Positions 47,551-56,719 of a DNA stretch of 64,000 bases are shown here, piece by piece. How positions within the stretch are numbered: position 1 is the stretch's first letter; every line of letters begins with the position of its first letter. The stretch lies in NCBI GenBank assembly GCA_009777615.1, contig WRLM01000005.1:23370-87369 (forward strand), written 5' to 3'. Source of the stretch: Candidatus Methanoplasma cognatum. GTDB lineage: Archaea > Thermoplasmatota > Thermoplasmata > Methanomassiliicoccales > Methanomethylophilaceae. The notes beneath the pieces are model-generated. The model was not told where the DNA came from. It did not search any database and saw only the letters and a list, made by a program, of their open reading frames with translations. The position numbers and the translations under genes are program-made.

Positions 47551-47565
47551 AAAGTTATTAACTTT
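47551..47565. promoter_or_regulatory. Perfect 7-1-7 palindrome AAAGTTA-T-TAACTTT in the ZIP/nikR divergent intergenic region
   Basis: Read directly from the sequence. A second palindrome, TTGTTAACAA, lies at about 47586-47595, just before the nikR ribosome-binding site. Confidence 0.3.
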
Positions 47566-47602
47566 GTACTGTTTTTCCATTCATTGTTAACAAGGTGAGG
47601 TC

Positions 47603-47986
47603 ATGGGAATAGTCAGCATTTCACTCAATGATGAGAGCATCGAGGCGCTGGAGGATATACAGAGAAGGTTCGGGCTCAAAGGAAGAAGCGAAGCTGTGAG
47701 GGTGGCGATCAACGCCGCGAAGGCGGAAGCGAAAGTGATCGAGGGAATGGAAGGAATGATAGAAGGGGTGCTGATAATCGTCAAAAAGGATCACAGCGAC
47801 CCCTGGATGAACCTCGTGCAGGCGAAGCATGAGAACGAGATCAAGACGCAGCTCCATTCCCACCTGAGAGACCACAAGTGTTTGGAGGTAATGGTCATCT
47901 CGGGCGAGGCGGAAAAGCTGTCGGCTATGCTCAAAGAGATACATTCGACTGGAAAAGCGGACTATGTCACGTTTGTAAAGAGTTAA
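47603..47986 (+). CDS. nikR: Nickel-responsive regulator NikR-like, with a ribbon-helix-helix domain and an ACT-like metal-binding domain
   Basis: The N-terminal RHH is GIVSISLNDESIEALEDIQRRFGLKGRSEAVRVAI. The C-domain HSHLRDHKCLEV matches the NikR H-x-H-x5-C high-affinity Ni site pattern. Confidence 0.75.
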   Translation: MGIVSISLNDESIEALEDIQRRFGLKGRSEAVRVAINAAKAEAKVIEGMEGMIEGVLIIVKKDHSDPWMNLVQAKHENEIKTQLHSHLRDHKCLEVMVISGEAEKLSAMLKEIHSTGKADYVTFVKS

Positions 47987-48044
47987 GGTGCGACTATAAC
48001 TTTTAATACCCTATAATGCTTATACTTAGCTTGGATGGGATAGC

Positions 48045-49598
48045 ATGAGTTACAGCTCTAGCAACAATAGCGGTAGCCCGCAGAAGGGCTTTTTCAAGCG
48101 TATGCTCAGTCAGGATCAGGGCAAAGGCGCAAAGCAATCGGAAGTCAAGCAAAGACACCCAGGGTTCGTCGTATCAACCGATTCCACGGTTACGCCCGGG
48201 AGGATGTCCAAGCCGCAGGAGGTGGTGATATCTCCGGCAGTCAAACAGCTCAGCAAAGAAGGATATGTCGTGTTCAATACTCCTGAGAAGCAGGACGTAT
48301 ACATCACGATCCAGCCGGAATCGGCGTTCTTTGAGGATGAGGAACCCAAGATGGTAAAGATGGCCGGAGGCAGCTTCGTCGGCGCCAAGCAAGGCAGTTC
48401 TGCAGAGGTGCCCCTCAAGACCGAGCCGGAATCGGAACCTGTCAAATACGTTCAGCCGGCGGATATATTCTCCAATGCCGCCAGAAGAGACGAATATGAA
48501 GAGATAGACTTCAACGAGATAATAATCAAGAAGAACGACTCCTTTGAAGAGGAGATCGAAGAAACACCTGTGCTCTTCAAACCCTCTTTCGAAGAGGTCT
48601 ATGAACCGATGTTCGAAGAGACGTTCAAGATAAGCAGGGAGCCCGAAATAGCAAAGACATCCACGGATGCGGCAAAGGTCGAGGCCCCGAAGATCTCATT
48701 CACGGGGTATAAAGAAGTGCCGGAATACACTGTCGAGGAAGCACCTTTCAGGGGCATGTTCGTCGAGACGCCGCCGGTCACTGATGTGCCAGCAGGGCTG
48801 TATGTTGACGGACACAGAGCTGTCAACAGGGCCGAGGCGGGCGCAGGAGTAAAGAAAGAGCACCCGATGTTCATAGAGGCGCCGATGGAAGCCGATGTGG
48901 CCGTAACGTCGGCGGCCACCCTGCCGATGATAGAGCAGGTCATGGTCCTGCAGGAATCGCCGCTCGAATATTTCGGGTATCTGCCCACTCTGGAAAAGAC
49001 GGATGAAGCAGACGAGATAGCTGTGGAAGACACGGTCGAAACGACTGCGGAAGATACAATTGAAATTACTGTAGAGGACGTATCCGAGATAGCTGTGGAA
49101 GACACAGTTGAAGCTACTGTAGAGGATGTAGTCGAGATAACAGTGGAAGACGCAGTCGAAGCCACTGTAGAGGGCGCAGTTGAAGCCATTGTGGAAGATG
49201 CAGTCGAAGCCACTGTAGAGGACGCAGTTGAAGCCATTGTGGAAGACACAGCCGAAATAACTGTGGAAGATGCAGTTGAAGCCACTGTAGGGGATTCAGT
49301 TGAAATAGCTGTGGAAGACGCGGTCGAAATAACCGTAGAAGAGACGTCGGAAACCATCGCGGACATCCCGAAGACGGTGGATGTCGTCGATCTCGTCGCG
49401 GACATAATGAAACTCACCATCCCCGGACTGCATATGAGCGATGAAATGCTCTCGGAGCTTGCTCAGGATACGGAAGCGACGATCCCGGACGACGGCCTCG
49501 AATCATACGATTGCAAATTCGAGCCGCTGAGGATGCCGGTCAAAGAAGAGAGCGTCTCCTGCGCCGTATACTATGGAACAGAAGATAAAGGGCTGTGA
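48045..49598 (+). CDS. Highly acidic, probably disordered repeat protein (517 aa); hypothetical
   Basis: There is no TM segment or signal peptide. The sequence is rich in E, D, V, T and P. It contains an internal array of the octapeptide VEDxVExT. Confidence 0.6.
   Translation: MSYSSSNNSGSPQKGFFKRMLSQDQGKGAKQSEVKQRHPGFVVSTDSTVTPGRMSKPQEVVISPAVKQLSKEGYVVFNTPEKQDVYITIQPESAFFEDEEPKMVKMAGGSFVGAKQGSSAEVPLKTEPESEPVKYVQPADIFSNAARRDEYEEIDFNEIIIKKNDSFEEEIEETPVLFKPSFEEVYEPMFEETFKISREPEIAKTSTDAAKVEAPKISFTGYKEVPEYTVEEAPFRGMFVETPPVTDVPAGLYVDGHRAVNRAEAGAGVKKEHPMFIEAPMEADVAVTSAATLPMIEQVMVLQESPLEYFGYLPTLEKTDEADEIAVEDTVETTAEDTIEITVEDVSEIAVEDTVEATVEDVVEITVEDAVEATVEGAVEAIVEDAVEATVEDAVEAIVEDTAEITVEDAVEATVGDSVEIAVEDAVEITVEETSETIADIPKTVDVVDLVADIMKLTIPGLHMSDEMLSELAQDTEATIPDDGLESYDCKFEPLRMPVKEESVSCAVYYGTEDKGL
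49020..49345 (+). repeat. About 13 tandem copies of a 24-nt (8-codon) unit encoding (A/T)VED(A/T)VE(A/I)T
   Basis: GTGGAAGACGCAGTCGAAGCCACT-like units are read consecutively. Confidence 0.85.
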
Positions 49599-49703
49599 TC
49601 GATCCCCGTCCGTCAGCTTCATGCTCCATAAACCCATTCGCTAAACATATTACTCACTTTTTCATGAACCAGAGTTATAAATAATGAGCATTATCACCAT
49701 TCC

Positions 49704-50981
49704 ATGGATTTCGGCTCCATACTCCTGATGCTGGTAGCGCTGATCGTTCTGGCGCGCTTAGCCTCGGGCGTGTTCTCCCGTTTCGGCGTACCCGGACTGA
49801 TCGGAGAGATAGTGATCGGCATAGTCATCGCCAACCTGACGATAGGGGACTGGTCGTTCCTGGGTATGCTGGACGTTGAAATGGGAGACGATCCGAGCCA
49901 GAATTATGAGATAGTCGAGCTGTTCGCTGAACTGGGAGTGATATTCCTCTTGTTCGCAGTAGGCCTGGAGACAAAGGTGAAGGACCTTCTTTCCGTGGGC
50001 AAGGCGGCGATGCTGGTGGCGGTCATGGGAGTGATAGTGCCTCTGGTAGCAGGGATCGCGCTGATACTGGTATATGACGGGAATATGCACCACGCTTTGT
50101 TCCTGGGTGCGGCGATGGTCGCGACGAGCGTAGGCATAACCGCCCGTGTGATCAAAGACATGAAGCTGATCGATACCAAAGAGGCAAAGATCATCATCGG
50201 CGCTGCGGTCATAGATGACGTGCTGGGTATGGTGGTCCTTGCCATTGTTGTGGGGATGACCGCATCCGACGGCATATCCGTATCCAACATAGCTCTGATA
50301 TCCGCCGAGGCCCTGTTGTTCGTCGTAGCGATCCTGGCGGCGGCGCTGTGGGTAGTTCCCAGAATATATGGATACTTTGAGGAAAGGAATAAGAAAAAAT
50401 TCGCCGAGACCGGAAGTTCTCATTCCGGCATAAACAAGCTCGTACTCGCGATAGCGGTCTGTATTGGGTTTTCGTTCTTCGCAGACATGATCGGGCTGGC
50501 GGCGATAATCGGCGCATTCCTGGGCGGGATGCTGCTTGCGGAATACGCATGGGAGTGGAAACTGGAAGAGAAGATAGAATCCATCACAACGCTGTTCATA
50601 TCGTTCTTTTTCCTGAATGTGGGTATGCAGGTGGACATAGGGAGTCTGACAAGCGTGTCGGCCATTCTGCTGGCTGTCGTCGTTATACTGCTTGCGGTGG
50701 CGACGAAGTACGTCGGCTGCAACCTGGGCGCGGTATGGGGGGACAAGAGCCTTTCAAAAGGATCCAGGAACATCATCGGGTTCGGCATGGTGCCCCGGGG
50801 AGAGGTGGGGATCATCATCGCCGCGATAGGTCTTGCTTCGGGCGCTATGTCTTCGGAACTCTACGGAGTTGTGATAGTGATGGCGGTCGCCACCACAATA
50901 ATCGCCCCGCCTCTGTTCGCACGGGCGTTCAGAAAGGAGTATCCGCCAGAGTACAAGCTTACTCAGGATGACCTGATTTGA
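49704..50981 (+). CDS. Monovalent cation:proton antiporter, CPA2 family (membrane domain only)
   Basis: 425 aa with about 12 TM segments. Motifs GVPGLIGEIVIGIVI and FLLFAVGLE are typical of Kef/NapA-type exchangers. Confidence 0.8.
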   Translation: MDFGSILLMLVALIVLARLASGVFSRFGVPGLIGEIVIGIVIANLTIGDWSFLGMLDVEMGDDPSQNYEIVELFAELGVIFLLFAVGLETKVKDLLSVGKAAMLVAVMGVIVPLVAGIALILVYDGNMHHALFLGAAMVATSVGITARVIKDMKLIDTKEAKIIIGAAVIDDVLGMVVLAIVVGMTASDGISVSNIALISAEALLFVVAILAAALWVVPRIYGYFEERNKKKFAETGSSHSGINKLVLAIAVCIGFSFFADMIGLAAIIGAFLGGMLLAEYAWEWKLEEKIESITTLFISFFFLNVGMQVDIGSLTSVSAILLAVVVILLAVATKYVGCNLGAVWGDKSLSKGSRNIIGFGMVPRGEVGIIIAAIGLASGAMSSELYGVVIVMAVATTIIAPPLFARAFRKEYPPEYKLTQDDLI

Positions 50982-51012
50982 GTCAGTTATGACCGATAAA
51001 AAAGGGACAAGC

Positions 51013-51177
51013 TCAGACCGGGAAGAACACGGGCAGAAGCAAGATCAGTACCGTAAAAGCTATGGCGGCGCCGAGGACCAGTTTGGGGTTGATCTTGATC
51101 CCTCTGTCATCTTCGGTGTCGAAGTACCTCATCAATCCCGCAGATGATGCGAATCCGCTGTCTTCTTTCTTTGCCAT
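51013..51177 (-). CDS. secG: Preprotein translocase subunit Sec61-beta (54 aa); missed by the ORF track
   Basis: MAKKEDSGFASSAGLMRYFDTEDDRGIKINPKLVLGAAIAFTVLILLLPVFFPV* carries the AGLxRYF motif and a C-terminal tail anchor. Confidence 0.8.
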   Translation of the reverse strand: MAKKEDSGFASSAGLMRYFDTEDDRGIKINPKLVLGAAIAFTVLILLLPVFFPV

Positions 51178-51530
51178 TGATAATGGAATCCTGAATCCAT
51201 ATAAAAACCTACCGTGAAGTTCCCGTACTGTATCAGATGCATCCTATCTCTTATTCAGGAGGCGTTGAAACTGTAATCGCCCGCGGGGATACGAAAAGGT
51301 CATCGGACCCCGTCCGATCTGTCAACATACGGTGACCCACGGAAGGAGCGCGTTCATCCCCCAAGCCAATGCTGCCGACCAGACCATCACTGAAAATTTC
51401 AGAAGAACCCCGGAGTAAACAGGCATTAATATGCCGTTTGGCATTATATATAGCGGATACGGAATATTTACGCGATAAGGAGGCGGTCTCGATAGCATTT
51501 GAAACAATTGTTCCCCTAAGTATTTTGACT

Positions 51531-51863
51531 ATGGCGACAGCCCTGGCTCTTGCATTGATAGCATTAATGCTCATTGCGTTTCGTTATTCAAGTAAATATG
51601 TAACATGTAGAAAAGAGGCATTCTCTGCCATGAAAAAAGCAAGGGTCATAATCTATGCTATCCCTCTATTTCTTTCTGTTCTTTTCGTAATAATCTTCTA
51701 TCGGGACATGGTGGATTATGGTTTGGCGATGACAAACATGCATGCAATATTTGTTGGAGCCTTTGCAGGAATTTTGTTGTTTGATGTATTCGAATCAAAG
51801 GAGATCAAATCCAGATCAGAGAACCGCATGGCAACGGAGTCGGACGGGAATACTCCCTTATAA
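51531..51863 (+). CDS. Small 3-TM membrane protein; hypothetical
   Basis: MATALALALIALMLIAF.. lies in a visibly AT-richer patch. A competing antisense ORF at 51251-51574 looks less protein-like. Confidence 0.35.
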   Translation: MATALALALIALMLIAFRYSSKYVTCRKEAFSAMKKARVIIYAIPLFLSVLFVIIFYRDMVDYGLAMTNMHAIFVGAFAGILLFDVFESKEIKSRSENRMATESDGNTPL

Positions 51864-51903
51864 AAACACGATATCGTCGGACAAATGACCGAAAGTCTCT
51901 TTT

Positions 51904-53487
51904 ATGGATGGCATATTACAACGCCTGGTCATAATGCACTGGGCAGACGTAATCGCAAAAGAGATCGCCGATTCATTCGAGAAACCGCTGATAGCCAACG
52001 GCATCAGCCCTTCAGGCACGATCCATGTGGGGAGCCTGAGGGAGGCCATAACCGGAGAATCGATAAGAAGCGCGGTCGAGGGATTGGATAAGGAAGTACG
52101 CCTGATATATCTGATAGATTCCGTTGATCAGCTGAAAAAGCGCGCCGACTTCCTGCCCAAATGGTATGATGAGCACGTGGGGAAACCCATATGCAACATA
52201 CCGTGTCCCTGCGGCAAACACAATAATTACGCACACCACTTCGTACAGCCATTCCTGGATGCCATAGAGCAGCTGGAAGTGAACTGCGAAGTCATATGGA
52301 CCCACGAGCTTTATGAGAAAGGAGCATTTGCCGAGGCCATAGATACCTGTTTCAAGAAGAGAGAGGAAATAATCAAGATACTCCATGAGGTTTCGGGGAA
52401 AGAAGCGAAGGGAGATTATGCGCCGTACGCTCCGATATGTAAAGAGTGCGGAAGATTCGCCAATCCGATATTTGATTCATACTCGTATCCGACCATAGAG
52501 TACACCTGCACATGCGGATGCCGCGGCACAGCAGATATAAGGAAAGGGGACGGGAAACTGACCTGGAGGCTGGAATGGCCCGCAAAGTGGAAGATATTCG
52601 GAACCTCGGCCGAACCGTTCGGCAAGGACCATGCGGCAGCCGGAGGGTCATACGATACCGGCAAGAGGATCGTGGAGGAGATATACGGCGGCAAAGCACC
52701 GTACCCCATCAACTATGAGTTCGTTCAGCTTAAAGGCGTGGGCCAGATGCATAAGTCCACGGGATCCTCCGTATCCGGACTGGATGCGATCAACATGACG
52801 CCGCCGGAGGTCCTGAACTATCTGTTCCTGAGGGTCAATCCCAACAAAGCCATAGATTACGATTCAGGGCTGGGGGTTCTGGACATGGCCGACGAACACG
52901 ACAGGATGGAAAGGCTGTTCTTCGCCGGCGGGTACACAGAAGCGGAAGAGAACTCCGTCCGCGCGTATGAGATAGCGCAGCATAACCACGTCCCGAAAGA
53001 GCTGCCTCTGCAGATCCCGTACAGGCACCTTGTCAACGTGGCGCAGATGGCGGACGATTTCGAAGGGGTCCTGGAAGTATTGGGCAGGACCATAGATATG
53101 TCTGGCGCAAGCGATGAGGACATGAAGCGGCTCAGGAGAAGAGTGGGCTGCGTGAGATTCTGGCTCAACGGATTCGCACCCGACCAGGTGAAGTTCTCGG
53201 TGTATCCGACGATCCCCCAGGGAGCGGAACTCACGATGGGCGACAAGGCGTTCTTCCAGAAGCTGGTGGAAAGAATGAACGACGCCAACTGGGAGGCAGA
53301 GGCGATAAGCCAAATAATATCGGACACCGGAAAGGAGTCCCCCATCGGGCTGAAGACCGGATTCAAAGTGATCTATCGGGTGCTCATCGGAAAGGAGGCC
53401 GGTCCGAGGCTGGGCCCGTTCCTTGCCAGCATGGACAAGCAGTTCGTGATAAACAGGTTCATCCAAGCTTCCAGACACGGCTCATAA
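51904..53487 (+). CDS. lysS: Lysyl-tRNA synthetase, class I (archaeal type)
   Basis: ISPSGTIHVGSLREA is a HIGH-like motif and QMHKSTGSS is KMSKS-like. The length of about 520 aa fits. The start may be the Met at 51934. Confidence 0.85.
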   Translation: MDGILQRLVIMHWADVIAKEIADSFEKPLIANGISPSGTIHVGSLREAITGESIRSAVEGLDKEVRLIYLIDSVDQLKKRADFLPKWYDEHVGKPICNIPCPCGKHNNYAHHFVQPFLDAIEQLEVNCEVIWTHELYEKGAFAEAIDTCFKKREEIIKILHEVSGKEAKGDYAPYAPICKECGRFANPIFDSYSYPTIEYTCTCGCRGTADIRKGDGKLTWRLEWPAKWKIFGTSAEPFGKDHAAAGGSYDTGKRIVEEIYGGKAPYPINYEFVQLKGVGQMHKSTGSSVSGLDAINMTPPEVLNYLFLRVNPNKAIDYDSGLGVLDMADEHDRMERLFFAGGYTEAEENSVRAYEIAQHNHVPKELPLQIPYRHLVNVAQMADDFEGVLEVLGRTIDMSGASDEDMKRLRRRVGCVRFWLNGFAPDQVKFSVYPTIPQGAELTMGDKAFFQKLVERMNDANWEAEAISQIISDTGKESPIGLKTGFKVIYRVLIGKEAGPRLGPFLASMDKQFVINRFIQASRHGS

Positions 53488-54546
53488 GATGCCCATATCT
53501 CCGAGTTTCTCCGGAAGATAGTTGTCCGTAACGAAGTCGAGGCCGTATTTGGCCAACGCCTGCTGTTCGGACTTCTTCTTCATATCCTGCATGGCCTGTA
53601 TCTCATTGACCCAGAACTCATCTTTGAACCTCGGGTCGGAAAGTTCCGCCGCCAGGGCTCCGAGGTCCTTGTCAGAGAGCTTATCTGTTGGTAGGTCATA
53701 ATTCAGGATGTCTGATGCGGTTATCCCGATGAACTGCGCTGTGGGAGTCGCCAGATACTCCGAGATGTGAGCGGTCTTAATCGCTCCGTAGGCCACAGAA
53801 GCGAATATCCTGAATGACCAGGGGTCGCCGTCGGTGAACACGGTCACCGGCAGTCCCTGCTCTTCGTTCAGCCTCTTGATCAGGCGCCTGGTGCTTCTTG
53901 CGGGCTGTCCGCTCAGGTGCACGAGGATGGCGCCGTACCTCTCCGGGAACCCGTTCTCGATGAGTCTTGCGAACATACCGCCGGTCTCGATAGCCATGAC
54001 GAATTTCGCATCGGTGCCGACGATCTCGAAGTTCTCTTTTTCCACATTGTAAGGTACCGCGAATCCGGTCTCAGCAACATCGTCCATGCAGTTGAACCTC
54101 TTCATTCCTTTTTTCGTAAGGGTGCTTACGTTCAGGTTCCCGTAGACATGGGCGCCGCTCTCTTCCGGCCTTAATTTAAAATCCTCTCTCATACATTTCG
54201 AGATGATCTCAAGGTCTTCCGCCAAAAGGTTGCTTTCATCCTGGCTGTTGAACTTTGCGTGCTCCCATCCCTCGGAAATGTAATACATCTCCCTTAGAGT
54301 GGATGACTTGTTGTCGCGTATCATCTCGTTGATGAAGTCCGCCGTGTAGATGGTCCTCAGCATCATCTGAGCTCCCTGCACCGTTTTCGAGGTACGGGTG
54401 GTCCGAAGGTCCCCGTATGTCCAAACGTTGTGCTGGGTATTGAACTCTATATTCTTCTTTGACCTGAGGGGGAGCTCCATGACCGGCACATCCCCGGCGT
54501 CGAGCTGATCGTAGATGTTCCCGACTATGGATGTGAGGTTGCTCAT
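53482..54546 (-). CDS. top6A: DNA topoisomerase VI subunit A (Spo11-like)
   Basis: Toprim motif [10 protein letters not shown] and the catalytic Tyr region YYISE are present. The start is set at MSNLTSIV, 16 nt after the top6B stop. Confidence 0.9.
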   Translation of the reverse strand: MSNLTSIVGNIYDQLDAGDVPVMELPLRSKKNIEFNTQHNVWTYGDLRTTRTSKTVQGAQMMLRTIYTADFINEMIRDNKSSTLREMYYISEGWEHAKFNSQDESNLLAEDLEIISKCMREDFKLRPEESGAHVYGNLNVSTLTKKGMKRFNCMDDVAETGFAVPYNVEKENFEIVGTDAKFVMAIETGGMFARLIENGFPERYGAILVHLSGQPARSTRRLIKRLNEEQGLPVTVFTDGDPWSFRIFASVAYGAIKTAHISEYLATPTAQFIGITASDILNYDLPTDKLSDKDLGALAAELSDPRFKDEFWVNEIQAMQDMKKKSEQQALAKYGLDFVTDNYLPEKLGDMGIL

Positions 54547-54562
54547 CGCCGTCTTCTGTCTT

Positions 54563-56578
54563 TCATTCGTCGCCAAGGTCTTCCGCCTCCTCTGTGTCCT
54601 CTTCCTCATCGACGGGGACGTCGTCGCTTTCCGTTATTTCCAGTCCTTTGATCCCCCAGTCCCCCGGAAGCGCTTCGGCCCCCATGACCAGGACCGGGTT
54701 TATGCCCGAGATGTAGATATCTTCGGCGTCGAAGGTATCCGCCAGCTCGCCTTTCAGTTCGAACGGGATCTTGAGCGATGCGGACGGCTGAAGCCCTCTG
54801 ATCTCCCATGTAGATTTGCCCTCGTCGTTCATCTCTATGAAATGCGGATTGCTGAAAAGGGTCAGATTGACGCATTCCTTGGGAAGCTGCGCATGAAGTC
54901 TGACCGTGCGCTCGTTCGTTGTGTAGTTGTATATCGTATAGGTAACGTTGAGAGCATTCTTGCCCTCCTTCTTCGTGCCGGATTCCACCCACACCACGTT
55001 CATGATCTTGCTGATCGTTCTGCTGAGGTCGGGCATAGGTCTTCCCAGCATTGACGATGCCTTCTTCGCCATTGCGGGGATCAGTTCCTGGACGATCTCG
55101 AACTTCGCGCTGGTCTTTGACTTCCTTTCCATCTTGTTCAGATGGCTCTTAAGGTTCCTGGCGCATAGCCTGAGCGCCTGCTCAATTTCATTCTGAAGTT
55201 CGGCGAAGGACGCCACAGCTTCCTTGCCTTCTGATGTGAAAGGCACCTTTGTGGACGCGACATGGACGAGTATTATCGCCGGGCCGAAGGGGATGCCCCT
55301 TCCGCCCCTCTGCTCTAGTCCGTACCTTCTCCAGTCCACTTCCGATAGGGCCTTGGTGATCGTGCATGCCCCCTGCTGGTACAGCAGCGGGACGCGGTTC
55401 GCGAACCTGAGTATCGTCACCTGCTCGTCCGAGGGTATCTCACCGCCGTAGACGATCCCAGCCTCCACGACGAAGGGATTCCCGTTCACCGATTTCGGAG
55501 GACGCGTGACCGGCGTGGCATAATAATCCGGCCTCAATCCATCCAGAACGTGCATCAGCCCCTTCTTTATCAGGGCGTCCCCGATAGGGGAAAGACAGTC
55601 AGTGGGCGGAGCCATTATCTTCACTTGAGCGATCGCGTTAATGATCGATTTGCAGTGGTCTCTGGTAAGGGACAGCGGTTTCGCAGAGGGGTCGATCCCC
55701 GCTTTGGTAAGGATCTCCTCCGATATCCTGTCCGTTATCCTGGAAAAGTCGTTCTTCAGGAATGCGTTGACCGTTTTCTGCTGAGTGTTCTGAGCATATT
55801 TCATCAGATCGCCGATCTCCATTCCCTCCGGGTGGGGCTTGATCTCCTTTGACTTGGGAGGCATCTGTTCTGTCGCTCTCTCAAAAACGTACCTCTTCCC
55901 TTCCGGATCATGGAATTCCACTCTTGCGTGGGGGTTGACGATCGCGGTGTTCCGCAGGTATTCGAATATCGACTGTTTGCCGGTGATGTATCTTCCTTTT
56001 GTGGTGTATTCGACCCTGGTTCCGTGCTCCTTTCCTTCCCAGGTGAATGCGGTGTCGTTGGTGACAATGGGGCGGTTGGTCTTCGTATCTATGGTGATAT
56101 CCATTTTCCATGCCACTTCATCCGCGCCCTCTATTTTGGACTCGATATGCGCCGGTTTGCCGGTAGAGATGTTCCCGTACATGACGGTGGCGGAGATCCC
56201 GATCCCCTGCTGCCCCCTCGACTGTCTGAGGGCGTGGAATCTTGAGCCGTAGAGGAGCCGTCCGAAAACGTTGGGCATCATCTTGTGTATGATCCCCGGA
56301 CCGTTATCCTCCACGGTTATCCGGTATTCTTCCTCTTCCGGGAGACGTTCCACCCGTACGAATATATCGGGCAGGAACCCGGCCTCTTCACAGGCGTCCA
56401 GAGCGTTATCCACGGCCTCCTTGATCCCCATCAGAAGGGACTTTGATCTGGAATCGAACCCCAGGATATGTTTGTTCTTTTCGAAGAACTCCGTGACCGA
56501 TATCTCTTGCTGCTTAGCCGCCATCTTATGGGCGTTCGTGTTCCCGCTGGCGTAATCATCAATATTTTCCGAGTGCAT
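54563..56578 (-). CDS. top6B: DNA topoisomerase VI subunit B (GHKL ATPase)
   Basis: The Bergerat fold motifs EAVDNALDA, DNGPGI and GQQGIGIS are present, with an acidic C-terminal tail. Confidence 0.9.
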   Translation of the reverse strand: MHSENIDDYASGNTNAHKMAAKQQEISVTEFFEKNKHILGFDSRSKSLLMGIKEAVDNALDACEEAGFLPDIFVRVERLPEEEEYRITVEDNGPGIIHKMMPNVFGRLLYGSRFHALRQSRGQQGIGISATVMYGNISTGKPAHIESKIEGADEVAWKMDITIDTKTNRPIVTNDTAFTWEGKEHGTRVEYTTKGRYITGKQSIFEYLRNTAIVNPHARVEFHDPEGKRYVFERATEQMPPKSKEIKPHPEGMEIGDLMKYAQNTQQKTVNAFLKNDFSRITDRISEEILTKAGIDPSAKPLSLTRDHCKSIINAIAQVKIMAPPTDCLSPIGDALIKKGLMHVLDGLRPDYYATPVTRPPKSVNGNPFVVEAGIVYGGEIPSDEQVTILRFANRVPLLYQQGACTITKALSEVDWRRYGLEQRGGRGIPFGPAIILVHVASTKVPFTSEGKEAVASFAELQNEIEQALRLCARNLKSHLNKMERKSKTSAKFEIVQELIPAMAKKASSMLGRPMPDLSRTISKIMNVVWVESGTKKEGKNALNVTYTIYNYTTNERTVRLHAQLPKECVNLTLFSNPHFIEMNDEGKSTWEIRGLQPSASLKIPFELKGELADTFDAEDIYISGINPVLVMGAEALPGDWGIKGLEITESDDVPVDEEEDTEEAEDLGDE

Positions 56579-56719
56579 CCAAGACTGTATCTTCTGGAAA
56601 GTTATTTAGTTTGTTGTCGAACGGCAGCGCTGAACAATTATTCTTTCTTCAAACCCGCGTTAAAATATTCTAACTTTCCCCGCCGGTTGCCAGGAGCAGA
56701 AGAAATGATGGTAAGAGGT

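Noticed and set aside
48599-49420. 273-aa S/T/A-rich ORF on the minus strand
   Set aside because: It is antisense to the acidic VEDxVExT repeat array. Its low-complexity poly-S/T/V translation simply mirrors GAA/GAC/GTN codons. The plus-strand ORF is longer and has a sensible start and stop.
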